A DNA stretch of 64,000 nt. Source: a virus. Under the pieces are notes generated by a model. That model was given only the letters and a program-made list of their open reading frames with translations, searched no databases and was not told the DNA's origin. Shown piece after piece: positions 47,801 to 58,243 of the stretch. The stretch lies in UHGV virus genome UHGV-0086135; one strand, written 5' to 3'. Position 1 is the stretch's first letter; every line of letters begins with the position of its first letter. Made by a program: the position numbers and the translations under genes.

Positions 47801-48756
47801 ATAACTTCTTCATTTGGACGAATGTTTGAATTAGTCGTTATGATACGTAAACGTGCTTTACTATCCCCGTCAAATAATCTCCATAATTTCTCATTATCAT
47901 CAAACATCAAGAAACCGTCAATCGATGTACGGCCTTCAATGGAATGAGTTCCAACTTCTTGTACTGAAGTTGTTTCATCATATGTCGTGACAATTGTATG
48001 ATAAAGTGGATTTAATTTATCTAAATCAACGAAATTAATAATATCGCCATGATTAGCAAATCTCGGAAGTTTAATATTAATCGGCGCTGCGGAAGTAAAT
48101 CTACGCACGATAAAATCATTAGATTGTGCTTGATATGCAGTCGATGGAGTAACAATTGCAGCTTCTCTGCTATAATCAGCAACATACATTTGCCACAAAC
48201 GATTATTAAAAATGAATATCATCTGTGACTTTGGATGAGTCATTAAAACTGAACGTACTTGTTCACCTCTAAAATTAACAATGCTCTGATTTGAAGAACT
48301 TATTTTAACCTGATTTATACCAGGTTTTCCACCGATATCTTGAATTATTACTGTTTCTCCATCGAGCGGAGAAGGTGGTAAAGTAAACTCAATGTCATTA
48401 CCAACTGACGTATCTACTGAAATTGCTTCTCCGGATTTTAATTGATACGGTCCAGATGATACGGTTGTATATACAGCATCAGTACGTAATGCTTTCCAAC
48501 GAATTCTATTAAAACTTCCAGCAGGTTTTGGAATATTATCCGTTGCTGCCCAAAAACGATTATTATAAATGATTACAAAATCTTTTAAATATCCACGAGT
48601 TGGATCATATTGTTGAACTGTGTTTTCTTGAATTAAGTAATCAACGTTAACACCGTCAGTTCCTACGGTACGATCAGCTAAAGCTACGTTGATTATTTTA
48701 TCGCCACCTGCGTCCAGACCATCTTCTGCTCTGAACTTTCTTTTAATCTCGGCCAT
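44887..48756 (-). CDS. 34: long tail fibre proximal subunit gp34
   Basis: 1289 aa as T4 gp34; repeated TATETRRG-IAxIAT motifs; TATAAATA late promoter upstream. Confidence 0.9.
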   Translation of the reverse strand: MAEIKRKFRAEDGLDAGGDKIINVALADRTVGTDGVNVDYLIQENTVQQYDPTRGYLKDFVIIYNNRFWAATDNIPKPAGSFNRIRWKALRTDAVYTTVSSGPYQLKSGEAISVDTSVGNDIEFTLPPSPLDGETVIIQDIGGKPGINQVKISSSNQSIVNFRGEQVRSVLMTHPKSQMIFIFNNRLWQMYVADYSREAAIVTPSTAYQAQSNDFIVRRFTSAAPINIKLPRFANHGDIINFVDLDKLNPLYHTIVTTYDETTSVQEVGTHSIEGRTSIDGFLMFDDNEKLWRLFDGDSKARLRIITTNSNIRPNEEVMVFGANNGTTQTIELQLPTNISVGDTVKISMNYMRKGQTVKIKAAGEDKIASSVQLLQFPKRSEYPPEAEWVTVQELVFNGETNYVPVLQLAYIEDSDGKYWVVQQNVPTVERVDSLNNSTRARLGVIALATQAQANVDLENSPQKELAITPETLANRTATETRRGIARIATTAQVNQNTTFSFADDLIITPKKLNERTATETRRGVAEIATQQETNTGTDDTTIITPKKLQARQGSETLSGIVTFVSTAGATPASSRELNGTNVYNKNTNNLVVSPKALDQYKATPTQQGAVILAVESEVIAGQSQEGWANAVVTPETLHKKTSTDGRIGLIEIATQSEVNTGTDYTRAVTPKTLNDRKATESLSGIAEIATQVEFDAGVDDTRISTPLKIKTRFDSTNRTSVVALSGLVESGTLWDHYTLNILEANETQRGTLRVATQVEAAAGKLDNVLITPKKLLGTKSTEAQEGVIKVATQSETVTGTSANTAVSPKNLKWIVQSEPTWAATTLVRGFVKTSSGSITFVGNDTVGSTQSLELYEKNSYAVSPYELNRVLANYLPLKAKAADANLLDGLDSSQFIRRDIAQTVNGSLTLTKQTNLSAPLVSSSTATFGGSVSANSTLTISNTGTATQLIFEKGPQTGTNPAQTMTVKVWGNQFSGESDTTRSTVFEVSDETSSHFYSQRNKAGNITFNINGTVTPINVNASGTLNANGVATFGNSVTANGEFIGKSPNAFRAINGNYGFFIRNAGNDTYFMLTAAGDQTGGFNALRPLSINNQSGQVTIGESLIIAKGATINSGGLTVNSRIRSQGVKTPDLYTRAPTSDTVGFWSIDINDSATYNQFPGYFKMVEKTNEVTGLPYLERGEEVKSPGTLTQFGNTLDSLYQDWITYPTTPEARTTRWTRTWQKTKNSWSSFVQVFDGGNPPQPSDIGAIPSDNGIIGNLTIRDFLRIGNVRIIPDPVNKTVKFEWIE
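47182..47328 (-). repeat. direct repeats inside gene 34 encoding the TATETRRG-IAxIAT motif
   Basis: CGA(C/T)ACCTCTACGAGTTTCTGTAGCAGT occurs twice about 119 bp apart on the plus strand, 27 of 28 identical. Confidence 0.7.
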
Positions 48757-48790
48757 TCTCCCGGGCTCCTATTGTGTTTTCAATAATAAG

Positions 48791-48798
48791 TATTTATA
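48791..48798 (-). promoter_or_regulatory. late promoter (TATAAATA on minus strand) for gene 34
   Basis: Plus-strand TATTTATA 35 nt upstream of gene 34 start codon. Confidence 0.65.
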
Positions 48799-48802
48799 CT
48801 TG

Positions 48803-48829
48803 TTTACTTTAAGATTTGGAGTATATAAT
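48803..48829 (+). promoter_or_regulatory. possible early promoter for rnh (short spacer)
   Basis: -35 GTTTAC then TATATAAT after about 15 nt; divergent from the gene 34 late promoter. Confidence 0.35.
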
Positions 48830-48858
48830 AGAAATCTCACTAATTGAACGAGGTTCAT

Positions 48859-49776
48859 ATGGATTTAGAAATGATGCTGGATGAAGATTACAAAGAAGGA
48901 ATTTGCTTAATTGACTTTAGTCAAATTGCGCTTTCAACTGCTCTGGTAAACTTCCCAGATAAAGAAAAAATTAATTTATCAATGGTTCGTCATTTGATAT
49001 TGAATTCAATTAAGTTTAATGTCAAAAAAGCAAAAACTCTTGGATACACTAAAATTGTATTGTGTATTGATAACGCGAAATCTGGATACTGGCGTCGTGA
49101 TTTCGCTTATTATTATAAGAAAAACCGCGGAAAAGCACGAGAAGAATCTACTTGGGACTGGGAAGGTTATTTTGAATCCAGTCATAAAGTTATAGATGAA
49201 TTGAAAGCTTATATGCCATACATCGTTATGGATATTGATAAGTATGAAGCAGATGACCATATTGCTGTTCTTGTTAAAAAGTTCTCTTTAGAAGGACATA
49301 AGATTTTAATCATTTCGTCGGATGGTGACTTTACTCAACTTCACAAATACCCAAATGTTAAGCAATGGTCACCGATGCACAAGAAATGGGTTAAAATTAA
49401 AAATGGTTCTGCTGAAATTGACTGCATGACTAAAATCCTTAAAGGTGACAAAAAGGATAACGTTGCTTCAGTTAAAGTACGATCTGACTTTTGGTTTACC
49501 AGAGTTGAAGGTGAACGAACTCCTTCAATGAAAACCTCTATTGTTGAAGCTATTGCTAATGACCGCGAGCAAGCTAAGGTGCTTCTCACAGAATCTGAAT
49601 ATAATCGTTATAAAGAAAATTTAGTTCTAATTGATTTTGATTATATTCCTGATAATATTGCTTCAAACATTGTGAATTACTATAATTCATATAAATTACC
49701 ACCGCGTGGCAAAATTTATTCATATTTTGTAAAAGCGGGTCTTTCTAAATTAACTAATAGCATTAATGAATTTTGA
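48859..49776 (+). CDS. rnh: RNase H (5'-3' exonuclease, FEN-1 family)
   Basis: 305 aa from ATG 48859 as T4 RNase H; ORF-track TTG start rejected. Confidence 0.85.
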   Translation: MDLEMMLDEDYKEGICLIDFSQIALSTALVNFPDKEKINLSMVRHLILNSIKFNVKKAKTLGYTKIVLCIDNAKSGYWRRDFAYYYKKNRGKAREESTWDWEGYFESSHKVIDELKAYMPYIVMDIDKYEADDHIAVLVKKFSLEGHKILIISSDGDFTQLHKYPNVKQWSPMHKKWVKIKNGSAEIDCMTKILKGDKKDNVASVKVRSDFWFTRVEGERTPSMKTSIVEAIANDREQAKVLLTESEYNRYKENLVLIDFDYIPDNIASNIVNYYNSYKLPPRGKIYSYFVKAGLSKLTNSINEF

Positions 49777-49784
49777 GGTGAATA

Positions 49785-50054
49785 ATGGCTAAAAAAGAAA
49801 TGGTTGAATTTGATGAAGCTATCCATGGCGAAGACTTGGCTAAATTTATTAAAGAAGCATCTGATCATAAACTGAAAATTTCTGGTTATAATGAATTGAT
49901 TAAAGATATTCGAATTCGTGCCAAAGATGAACTTGGCGTTGATGGTAAGATGTTTAATCGTCTGTTAGCTTTGTATCATAAAGATAACCGTGATGTGTTT
50001 GAAGCTGAAACTGAAGAGGTAGTTGAACTTTATGACACAGTTTTCTCTAAATGA
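49785..50054 (+). CDS. dsbA: dsDNA-binding protein DsbA
   Basis: 89 aa as T4 DsbA; synteny rnh-dsbA-33-59-32. Confidence 0.75.
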   Translation: MAKKEMVEFDEAIHGEDLAKFIKEASDHKLKISGYNELIKDIRIRAKDELGVDGKMFNRLLALYHKDNRDVFEAETEEVVELYDTVFSK

Positions 50055-50370
50055 TATTCGTCCGGTCGATGAGACCGGTCTTTCAGAAAAAGAACTTTCA
50101 ATTAAGAAAGAAAAGGATGAAATTGCAAAGCTTCTTGACCGTCAAGAAAATGGATTTATTATTGAAAAAATGGTAGAAGAGTTTGGAATGAGTTATCTTG
50201 AAGCTACAACAGCATTCTTAGAAGAAAATTCTATTCCTGAAACTCAATTTGCTAAATTTATTCCTTCGGGTATAATTGAAAAAATTCAGTCAGAAGCTAT
50301 CGACGAAAATCTTTTACGTCCTTCTGTTGTTCGTTGCGAAAAAACTAATACATTAGATTTTCTACTATGA
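50032..50370 (+). CDS. 33: late transcription co-activator gp33
   Basis: 112 aa from ATG 50032 as T4 gp33; overlaps dsbA 3' end. Confidence 0.75.
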   Translation: MTQFSLNDIRPVDETGLSEKELSIKKEKDEIAKLLDRQENGFIIEKMVEEFGMSYLEATTAFLEENSIPETQFAKFIPSGIIEKIQSEAIDENLLRPSVVRCEKTNTLDFLL

Positions 50371-51020
50371 TTAAACTCCGCATGCCTGCTGGTGGTGAAA
50401 GATATATTGATGGTAAATCAGTTTATAAATTATACTTAATGATAAAACAACATATGAATGGAAAGTATGATGTAATTAAGTATAATTGGTGCATGCGGGT
50501 GTCTGATGCCGCTTATCAAAAGCGAAGGGATAAGTATTTTTTTCAGAAGTTATCAGAAAAATATAAATTAAAGGAACTTGCTTTAATCTTTATAAGCAAT
50601 CTGGTTGCTAACCAAGATGCTTGGATTGGTGACATCTCTGACGCTGATGCGCTTGTGTTTTATCGTGAATATATCGGACGCTTAAAGCAAATTAAATTTA
50701 AGTTTGAAGAAGATATTCGCAACATTTATTATTTTAGTAAAAAAGTTGAAGTTTCTGCTTTTAAAGAAATTTTTGAATATAATCCAAAAGTTCAATCAAG
50801 TTATATTTTTAAACTACTTCAATCGAATATAATTTCGTTTGAGACGTTTATCTTGCTTGATTCGTTTTTAAATATAATCGATAAACATGATGAACAGACT
50901 GATAATTTAGTCTGGAATAATTATTCTATAAAGTTAAAGGCTTATAGAAAAATTTTAAATATTGATTCACAGAAAGCTAAAAGTGTTTTTATTGAAACTG
51001 TGAAATCTTGCAAGTATTAA
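50367..51020 (+). CDS. 59: helicase loader gp59
   Basis: 217 aa as T4 gp59. Confidence 0.85.
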   Translation: MIKLRMPAGGERYIDGKSVYKLYLMIKQHMNGKYDVIKYNWCMRVSDAAYQKRRDKYFFQKLSEKYKLKELALIFISNLVANQDAWIGDISDADALVFYREYIGRLKQIKFKFEEDIRNIYYFSKKVEVSAFKEIFEYNPKVQSSYIFKLLQSNIISFETFILLDSFLNIIDKHDEQTDNLVWNNYSIKLKAYRKILNIDSQKAKSVFIETVKSCKY

Positions 51021-51022
51021 TT

Positions 51023-51045
51023 GCTTATTATAAATAGATTATAAT
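51023..51045 (+). promoter_or_regulatory. putative middle promoter for gene 32
   Basis: TGCTTAT box then TATAAT 10 nt downstream. Confidence 0.4.
51029..51036 (+). promoter_or_regulatory. late promoter (TATAAATA) upstream of gene 32
   Basis: Exact TATAAATA in the gene 32 leader. Confidence 0.55.
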
Positions 51046-51053
51046 TATCTCAC

Positions 51054-51119
51054 TGACCAGCTATGAGGTCATACATCGTCATAGCACCAACTGTTAATTA
51101 AATTAAAAAGGAAATAAAA
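51054..51119 (+). promoter_or_regulatory. gene 32 translational operator: pseudoknot plus A/U-rich unstructured region
   Basis: UGACCAGCUAUGAGGUCAUACAUCGUCAUAGC then UUAAUUAAAUUAAAAAGGAAAUAAAAAUG, as the T4 gene 32 autoregulatory leader. Confidence 0.7.
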
Positions 51120-52028
51120 ATGTTTAAACGTAAATCTACTGCTGAACTCGCTGCACAAATGGCTAAACTGGCTGGAAATAAAGGTGGTTTTTCTTCTGAA
51201 GATAAAGGCGAGTGGAAACTGAAACTCGACAATGCGGGTAACGGTCAAGCAGTAATTCGTTTTCTTCCGTCTAAAAATGATGAACAAGCACCATTCGCAA
51301 TTCTTGTAAATCACGGTTTCAAGAAAAATGGTAAATGGTATATTGAAAACTGTTCATCTACCCACGGTGATTACGATTCCTGTCCAGTATGTCAGTACAT
51401 CAGTAAAAATGATTTGTACAACACTGACAATAAAGAGTACGGTCTTGTTAAACGTAAAACTTCTTACTGGGCTAACATTCTTGTAGTAAAAGACCCAGCT
51501 GCTCCAGAAAATGAAGGTAAAGTATTTAAATACCGTTTCGGTAAGAAAATCTGGGATAAAATCAATGCAATGATTGCAGTTGATGTTGAAATGGGTGAAA
51601 CTCCGGTTGATGTAACTTGTCCGTGGGAAGGTGCTAACTTTGTACTGAAAGTTAAACAAGTTTCTGGTTTTAGTAACTACGACGAATCTAAATTCCTGAA
51701 TCAATCTGCGATTCCAAACATCGATGATGAATCTTTCCAGAAAGAACTGTTCGAACAAATGGTTGATCTTTCTGAAATGACTTCTAAAGATAAATTCAAA
51801 TCGTTTGAAGAACTGAGCACTAAGTTCAGTCAAGTTATGGGAACTGCTGCTATGGGTGGTGCCGCAGCGACTGCCGCTAAGAAAGCTGATAAAGTTGCTG
51901 ATGATTTGGATGCATTCAATGTTGATGACTTCAAAACAAAAACTGAAGATGATTTTATGAGCTCAAGCTCTGGCAGTTCATCTAGTGCTGATGACACGGA
52001 CTTGGATGACCTTTTGAATGACCTTTAA
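51120..52028 (+). CDS. 32: ssDNA-binding protein gp32
   Basis: [25 protein letters not shown]-terminus, zinc site [10 protein letters not shown], acidic Ser/Asp C-terminus; pseudoknot operator upstream. Confidence 0.95.
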   Translation: MFKRKSTAELAAQMAKLAGNKGGFSSEDKGEWKLKLDNAGNGQAVIRFLPSKNDEQAPFAILVNHGFKKNGKWYIENCSSTHGDYDSCPVCQYISKNDLYNTDNKEYGLVKRKTSYWANILVVKDPAAPENEGKVFKYRFGKKIWDKINAMIAVDVEMGETPVDVTCPWEGANFVLKVKQVSGFSNYDESKFLNQSAIPNIDDESFQKELFEQMVDLSEMTSKDKFKSFEELSTKFSQVMGTAAMGGAAATAAKKADKVADDLDAFNVDDFKTKTEDDFMSSSSGSSSSADDTDLDDLLNDL

Positions 52029-52050
52029 TAGATTATATTACTAATTAATT

Positions 52051-52075
52051 GGGGACCCTAGAGGTCCCCTTTTTT
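52051..52075 (+). terminator. intrinsic terminator after gene 32
   Basis: GGGGACC-CUAGA-GGUCCCC hairpin plus U6. Confidence 0.75.
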
Positions 52076-52101
52076 ATTTCAAAAATTTTTTCACAAAACG
52101 G

Positions 52102-52130
52102 TTTACATACCACAAGGACTGTGGTACTAT
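52102..52130 (+). promoter_or_regulatory. early promoter in cassette (copy C)
   Basis: -35 TTTACA, 17 nt, TGGTACTAT; upstream half near-identical to copy B. Confidence 0.65.
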
Positions 52131-52173
52131 ACAACTATCAGCAATACTGCTGATGATTAAAGAGGAAAATAAT

Positions 52174-52401
52174 ATGGCTAAAGTTGATATTGACATCGTT
52201 GATTTTGAATATATTGAAGAAATTATTCGTAATCGTTATCCTGAACTTAGTATCACAAGCGTGCAAGATTCTAAGTTTTGGAGTATTCAAATCGTTATTG
52301 AAGGTCCTCTTGAAGACCTCACCCGCTTTATGGCTAATGAATATTGTGATGGCATGGATTCTGAAGACGCAGAATTTTACATGGGACTGATTGAACAATA
52401 A
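52174..52401 (+). CDS. hypothetical acidic protein (75 aa)
   Basis: ATG 52174 with AGAGGA SD behind cassette promoter. Confidence 0.5.
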   Translation: MAKVDIDIVDFEYIEEIIRNRYPELSITSVQDSKFWSIQIVIEGPLEDLTRFMANEYCDGMDSEDAEFYMGLIEQ

Positions 52402-52445
52402 TTATCAAGGGGCTATCAAGCCCCTATTAAAATGAGGAAAATGCA

Positions 52446-52826
52446 ATGTATACTGGTAGAAAATATGAACTTGTTCCAAGACTTATTGATACATTTATTA
52501 ATTATAGCCCACGTTCCAATTCATCAATAGTTAAAGCTATTCGAGATAATGGCGGATGGTTTGAAGTTAAAGAAGTTTCCGTCGCCAATGGATACAAAGC
52601 AGTAAAACACATTGAATGCGCAAATGGAAAGCATTTTTATCTCAAAGATAGACTTTTAGAAATTTGCGAAGACGAATTTCATTGTTTCCGCGAGTATAAA
52701 GAACCAACTTCTGAAGAAGATGAAGTCAAAGACAAGGTTTCTGGCGTAACAAAAATTCACTGCATTGTTGACAAAAACAATGCAGATGAAATCATTGAAC
52801 TTTTGCGAAAAACTTTCAAAAAGTAG
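52446..52826 (+). CDS. hypothetical protein (126 aa)
   Basis: ORF with GAGGA SD. Confidence 0.5.
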   Translation: MYTGRKYELVPRLIDTFINYSPRSNSSIVKAIRDNGGWFEVKEVSVANGYKAVKHIECANGKHFYLKDRLLEICEDEFHCFREYKEPTSEEDEVKDKVSGVTKIHCIVDKNNADEIIELLRKTFKK

Positions 52827-52855
52827 TTTACAGTAGGGTAGTAGTGTGATACTAT
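52826..52855 (+). promoter_or_regulatory. early promoter
   Basis: -35 GTTTAC, 18 nt, -10 TACTAT. Confidence 0.55.
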
Positions 52856-52880
52856 TACCCTATCAACTAAGGAGAATAAA

Positions 52881-53123
52881 ATGAGATTACAACGTCAGAG
52901 TATTAAAGATTCAGAAGTTAGAGGTAAATGGTATTTTAATATCATCGGTAAAGATTCTGAACCTGTTGAAAAAGCTGAACATCTTTTACGCGGCATGGGA
53001 TGGGAAGATGAATGTGATGGATGCCCTCTTTATGAGGATGGAGAAAGCGCAGGATTCTGGATTTACCATTCTGATGTTGAACAGTTTAAAGCTGATTGGA
53101 AAATTGTGAAAAAGTCTGTTTGA
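52881..53123 (+). CDS. hypothetical protein (80 aa)
   Basis: Behind early promoter, GGAG SD. Confidence 0.5.
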   Translation: MRLQRQSIKDSEVRGKWYFNIIGKDSEPVEKAEHLLRGMGWEDECDGCPLYEDGESAGFWIYHSDVEQFKADWKIVKKSV

Positions 53124-53133
53124 GGAAAATATT

Positions 53134-53469
53134 ATGTCTGACATTCATGTAACTGGAATTTCCCAAGTAAACATTCGCTGCCAATTTAAAACTGTACCTG
53201 GGGTGACTCATATTACTTTATCACACGACCCATATTCTCGTGGAACACAGTTAACTGGCGTAATTAAGTTTTTCGGTGGAATTGGCGGAAACGAATTTAC
53301 TATAGGCGATGACGAAATTATTGGTTGTAAATTAAAAGTTCAGAAGGGAGTGTTAGAACTTTTTAGTGATGAAGTTTTTAATGAAATCTCACAAGCAGTT
53401 AATAAAGGACTGCTAACGTTAATCAAAATGATTAAAGCCAGTGGATATGTTCCCGATCCTTTATATTAG
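53134..53469 (+). CDS. hypothetical protein (111 aa)
   Basis: ORF with GAGGA SD. Confidence 0.5.
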   Translation: MSDIHVTGISQVNIRCQFKTVPGVTHITLSHDPYSRGTQLTGVIKFFGGIGGNEFTIGDDEIIGCKLKVQKGVLELFSDEVFNEISQAVNKGLLTLIKMIKASGYVPDPLY

Positions 53470-53477
53470 GAGATAAT

Positions 53478-54509
<1,032 letters not shown>

Positions 54510-54510
<1 letters not shown>

Positions 54511-55370
54511 TGAAACAATACCAATTTTTAATTAAAGATATCCTGGAAAATGGCTATGAAACCGATGACCGAACAGGCACAGGAACAATTGCTTTGTTCG
54601 GTACTAAATTACGCTGGGATTTAACTAAAGGTTTTCCTGCGGTAACAACTAAGAAGCTCGCCTGGAAAGCTTGCATTGCTGAGCTACTTTGGTTTTTATC
54701 AGGAAGCACAAATGTCAATGATTTACGATTAATTCAGCACGATTCATTAATTCAAGGCAAAACAGTCTGGGATGAAAATTACGAAAATCAAGCAAAAGAT
54801 TTAGGATACCATAGTGGTGAACTTGGTCCAATTTATGGAAAACAGTGGCGTGATTTTGGTGGTGTAGACCAAATTATAGAAGTTGTTGATCGTATTAAAA
54901 AACTGCCAAATGATAGACGTCAAATTGTTTCAGCATGGAATCCAGCTGAACTCAAGCAAATGGCATTACCACCTTGTCATATGTTCTATCAATTTAATGT
55001 GCGTAATGGCTATTTGGATTTGCAGTGGTATCAACGTTCGGTAGATGTTTTCCTCGGTCTTCCATTTAATATTGCATCATATGCTACGTTAGTTCATATT
55101 GTAGCTAAGATGTGTAATCTTATTCCAGGAGATTTGATATTTTCTGGTGGTAATACTCATATCTATATGAATCACGTAGAACAATGTAAAGAAATTTTGC
55201 GTCGTGAACCTATGGATTTATGCGAATTACAATTAAAATTTCCAGATGAATTTGATGAATGGAACACAGAATCACAGGTATTTTGGTTGAGTCAATTCGC
55301 AAAGCCGCATGATTTTGTTCTTAACAACTATGTATCTCACCCGCCAATTAAAGGAAAGATGGCGGTATAA
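54510..55370 (+). CDS. td: thymidylate synthase Td, uninterrupted (no group I intron)
   Basis: 286 aa from ATG 54510; conserved TS motifs including PPCH active-site Cys and DRRQIVSAWNP in one continuous frame. Confidence 0.9.
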
Positions 55371-55393
55371 TTTTAATTTAATTGCGAGGATAT

Positions 55394-55657
55394 ATGATTT
55401 TACGATTTAAAGATACTTCTGGTGTCGTTCTTTTTACACTTCCTAATCCAAGCGAGTTAGAAGTTCCAGGACCAAATCAGCCTATTATCATTTATGGCAA
55501 AAAATATTATACTCATAAAATGACTCGTGAGTATTTTGATAATAAAATTTCCACAGTTAAAACTTCTTCTGACTGTTATTATGATATTACTGTTTTAACG
55601 GAAAAACAATATGACGAATTATCACCGCGCGGGCCGTCTATGCCAGGTAGTGAATAA
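55394..55657 (+). CDS. hypothetical protein (87 aa)
   Basis: ATG 55394 with GAGGA SD. Confidence 0.45.
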   Translation: MILRFKDTSGVVLFTLPNPSELEVPGPNQPIIIYGKKYYTHKMTREYFDNKISTVKTSSDCYYDITVLTEKQYDELSPRGPSMPGSE

Positions 55658-55937
55658 ATATAAATCTGACTTTGATGTTAATATTCACCGTGGTACATTT
55701 TGGGGAAATTACGTCGGTAAAGATGCTGGCAGCCGGGAGGCTGCCATTGAATTATTCAAAAAATATTTTATACGTCGAATTAAATCCGGAGAAATAACTA
55801 AAGCACATTTAGAGCCTTTACGTGGAATGAGGCTAGGATGCACATGTAAACCAAAGCCGTGTCATGGTGATATAATAGCTCATATAGTTAACCGATTGTT
55901 TAAAGACGATTTTCAAGTTGAGGACTTATGCAATTAA
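55611..55937 (+). CDS. hypothetical protein with CxC...CH cysteine motif (108 aa)
   Basis: [12 protein letters not shown] motif; overlaps both neighbouring genes. Confidence 0.4.
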   Translation: MTNYHRAGRLCQVVNKYKSDFDVNIHRGTFWGNYVGKDAGSREAAIELFKKYFIRRIKSGEITKAHLEPLRGMRLGCTCKPKPCHGDIIAHIVNRLFKDDFQVEDLCN

Positions 55938-58192
55938 TTAATGTTATCAAAAGTAGTGGTGTTTCTCAGAGCTTTGACCCGCAAAAAATTATTAAAGTTT
56001 TATCTTGGGCAGCTGAAGGAACATCTGTAGATCCTTATGAATTATATGAAAATATTAAATCATATCTCCGTGATGGAATGACCACTGATGATATTCAAAC
56101 CATTGTAATTAAGGCTGCTGCGAATTCTATTTCGGTTGAAGAGCCTGATTATCAATACGTGGCTGCACGGTGTTTAATGTTTGCTCTTCGTAAGCATGTT
56201 TATGGGCAGTATGAACCACGTTCATTTATTGACCATATTTCTTACTGTGTAAATGAAGGTAAATACGACCCTGAATTGTTGTCAAAATATTCAGCAGAAG
56301 AAATTACATTTTTAGAATCAAAAATTAAGCACGAACGGGATATGGAATTTACTTATTCCGGGGCGATGCAATTAAAAGAAAAATATCTAGTTAAAGATAA
56401 AACCACTGGTCAAATTTATGAAACTCCACAGTTTGCATTTATGACTATTGGAATGGCATTGCATCAAGATGAACCTGTTGATAGATTAAAACATGTTATT
56501 CGTTTTTATGAAGCAGTATCTACTCGACAGATTTCACTGCCAACTCCTATTATGGCTGGTTGCCGTACTCCGACTCGACAGTTTAGTTCATGCGTTGTTA
56601 TTGAGGCAGGTGATTCGCTGAAGTCTATCAATAAGGCTTCCGCTTCAATTGTTGAATATATCTCCAAACGCGCTGGAATTGGTATTAACGTTGGTATGAT
56701 TCGTGCCGAAGGTTCTAAGATTGGCACAGGTGAAGTACGTCATACTGGTGTTATTCCTTTTTGGAAACATTTTCAGACTGCTGTTAAATCATGCTCACAG
56801 GGTGGAATTCGTGGCGGCGCTGCTACTGCTTATTATCCTATTTGGCATTTGGAAGTTGAAAATCTTCTCGTTTTGAAAAACAACAAAGGTGTAGAAGAAA
56901 ACCGTATCCGTCATATGGATTATGGCGTTCAACTGAATGACCTAATGATGGAACGATTCGGAAAGAACGATTACATTACTTTGTTTAGTCCGCATGAAAT
57001 GGGTGGCGAACTTTATTATTCTTATTTTAAAGACCAAGACCGTTTCCGTGAATTATACGAAGCCGCAGAAAAAGACCCTAATATTCGTAAAAAGCGTATT
57101 AAAGCACGTGAACTGTTTGAATTGCTCATGACTGAACGCTCAGGAACAGCAAGGATTTATGTGCAGTTCATTGATAATACGAATAACTATACGCCATTTA
57201 TTCGTGAAAAGGCACCTATTCGTCAGAGTAACTTGTGCTGTGAAATTGCTATTCCAACAAATGATGTGAATAGTCCTGATGCTGAAATTGGATTGTGCAC
57301 GTTATCTGCATTTGTGTTAGATAACTTCGATTGGCAAGACCAAGATAAAATTAATGAATTGGCAGAAGTCCAAGTTCGTGCTCTTGATAATCTTTTGGAT
57401 TACCAAGGATATCCAGTTCCTGAAGCAGAAAAAGCTAAAAAGCGTCGAAACCTTGGCGTAGGTGTTACTAACTATGCAGCTTGGCTGGCAAGTAATTTTG
57501 CTTCTTATGAAGATGCTAACGATTTAACACATGAACTATTTGAGAGATTGCAGTATGGACTCATTAAAGCATCCATTAAACTCGCCAAAGAAAAAGGACC
57601 TTGCGAATATTATTCAGACACTCGTTGGTCTCGAGGCGAATTACCTATCGACTGGTACAATAAAAAGATTGACCAAATCGCAGCTCCAAAATACGTTTGT
57701 GACTGGTCGTCGCTGCGGGAAGACCTTAAGCTCTTTGGCATCCGTAATAGCACATTATCAGCACTTATGCCATGTGAGTCATCTTCCCAAGTTTCTAACA
57801 GTACAAACGGTATCGAGCCTCCACGTGGACCAGTCTCTGTTAAAGAATCAAAAGAGGGTTCCTTTAATCAAGTCGTGCCCAATATTGAGCATAACATAGA
57901 CCTATATGATTATACGTGGAAATTAGCTAAGAAAGGTAATAAACCTTATCTTACGCAGGTAGCTATTATGCTTAAATGGGTGTGTCAATCAGCTTCAGCG
58001 AATACATATTATGACCCGCAGATTTTTCCAAAAGGAAAGGTTCCAATGTCAATAATGATTGATGACCTTTTATATTTTTGGTATTTTGGCGGAAAAAATT
58101 TCTATTATCATAATACACGTGACGGTTCTGGTACTGATGATTATGAAATAGAAACTCCAAAAGCTGAAGATTGTTCATCCTGTAAATTATGA
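55928..58192 (+). CDS. nrdA: ribonucleotide reductase large subunit NrdA
   Basis: 754 aa as T4 NrdA; ATP-cone N-terminus, catalytic Cys/Asn/Glu (NLCCEIA). Confidence 0.95.
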   Translation: MQLINVIKSSGVSQSFDPQKIIKVLSWAAEGTSVDPYELYENIKSYLRDGMTTDDIQTIVIKAAANSISVEEPDYQYVAARCLMFALRKHVYGQYEPRSFIDHISYCVNEGKYDPELLSKYSAEEITFLESKIKHERDMEFTYSGAMQLKEKYLVKDKTTGQIYETPQFAFMTIGMALHQDEPVDRLKHVIRFYEAVSTRQISLPTPIMAGCRTPTRQFSSCVVIEAGDSLKSINKASASIVEYISKRAGIGINVGMIRAEGSKIGTGEVRHTGVIPFWKHFQTAVKSCSQGGIRGGAATAYYPIWHLEVENLLVLKNNKGVEENRIRHMDYGVQLNDLMMERFGKNDYITLFSPHEMGGELYYSYFKDQDRFRELYEAAEKDPNIRKKRIKARELFELLMTERSGTARIYVQFIDNTNNYTPFIREKAPIRQSNLCCEIAIPTNDVNSPDAEIGLCTLSAFVLDNFDWQDQDKINELAEVQVRALDNLLDYQGYPVPEAEKAKKRRNLGVGVTNYAAWLASNFASYEDANDLTHELFERLQYGLIKASIKLAKEKGPCEYYSDTRWSRGELPIDWYNKKIDQIAAPKYVCDWSSLREDLKLFGIRNSTLSALMPCESSSQVSNSTNGIEPPRGPVSVKESKEGSFNQVVPNIEHNIDLYDYTWKLAKKGNKPYLTQVAIMLKWVCQSASANTYYDPQIFPKGKVPMSIMIDDLLYFWYFGGKNFYYHNTRDGSGTDDYEIETPKAEDCSSCKL

Positions 58193-58243
58193 TATAATTT
58201 GACTCACGGACGAGTCACTATCTATTAACTAAGCGGAAAATTT

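Noticed and set aside
39311-48756. Plus-strand and nested ORFs inside tail-fibre genes (39311..39493, 40398..40598, 41493..42374, 42605..42994, 44837..45028, 47098..47340)
   Set aside because: Embedded in long minus-strand structural genes of known function; no independent translation signals.
4296-52176. Repeated about 80-bp elements considered as a possible CRISPR array or miniature transposon family
   Set aside because: Copies are dispersed, not regularly spaced with unique spacers, and each contains a sigma-70 -35/-10 pair and a ribosome-binding leader; they are promoter cassettes, not CRISPR repeats. No inverted-repeat termini or target-site duplications seen.
51069-52398. Minus-strand ORFs 51069..51314, 51354..51833 and 52138..52398 antisense to gene 32 and its operator
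   Set aside because: Gene 32 on the plus strand is unambiguous; the antisense frames are AT-rich artefacts.
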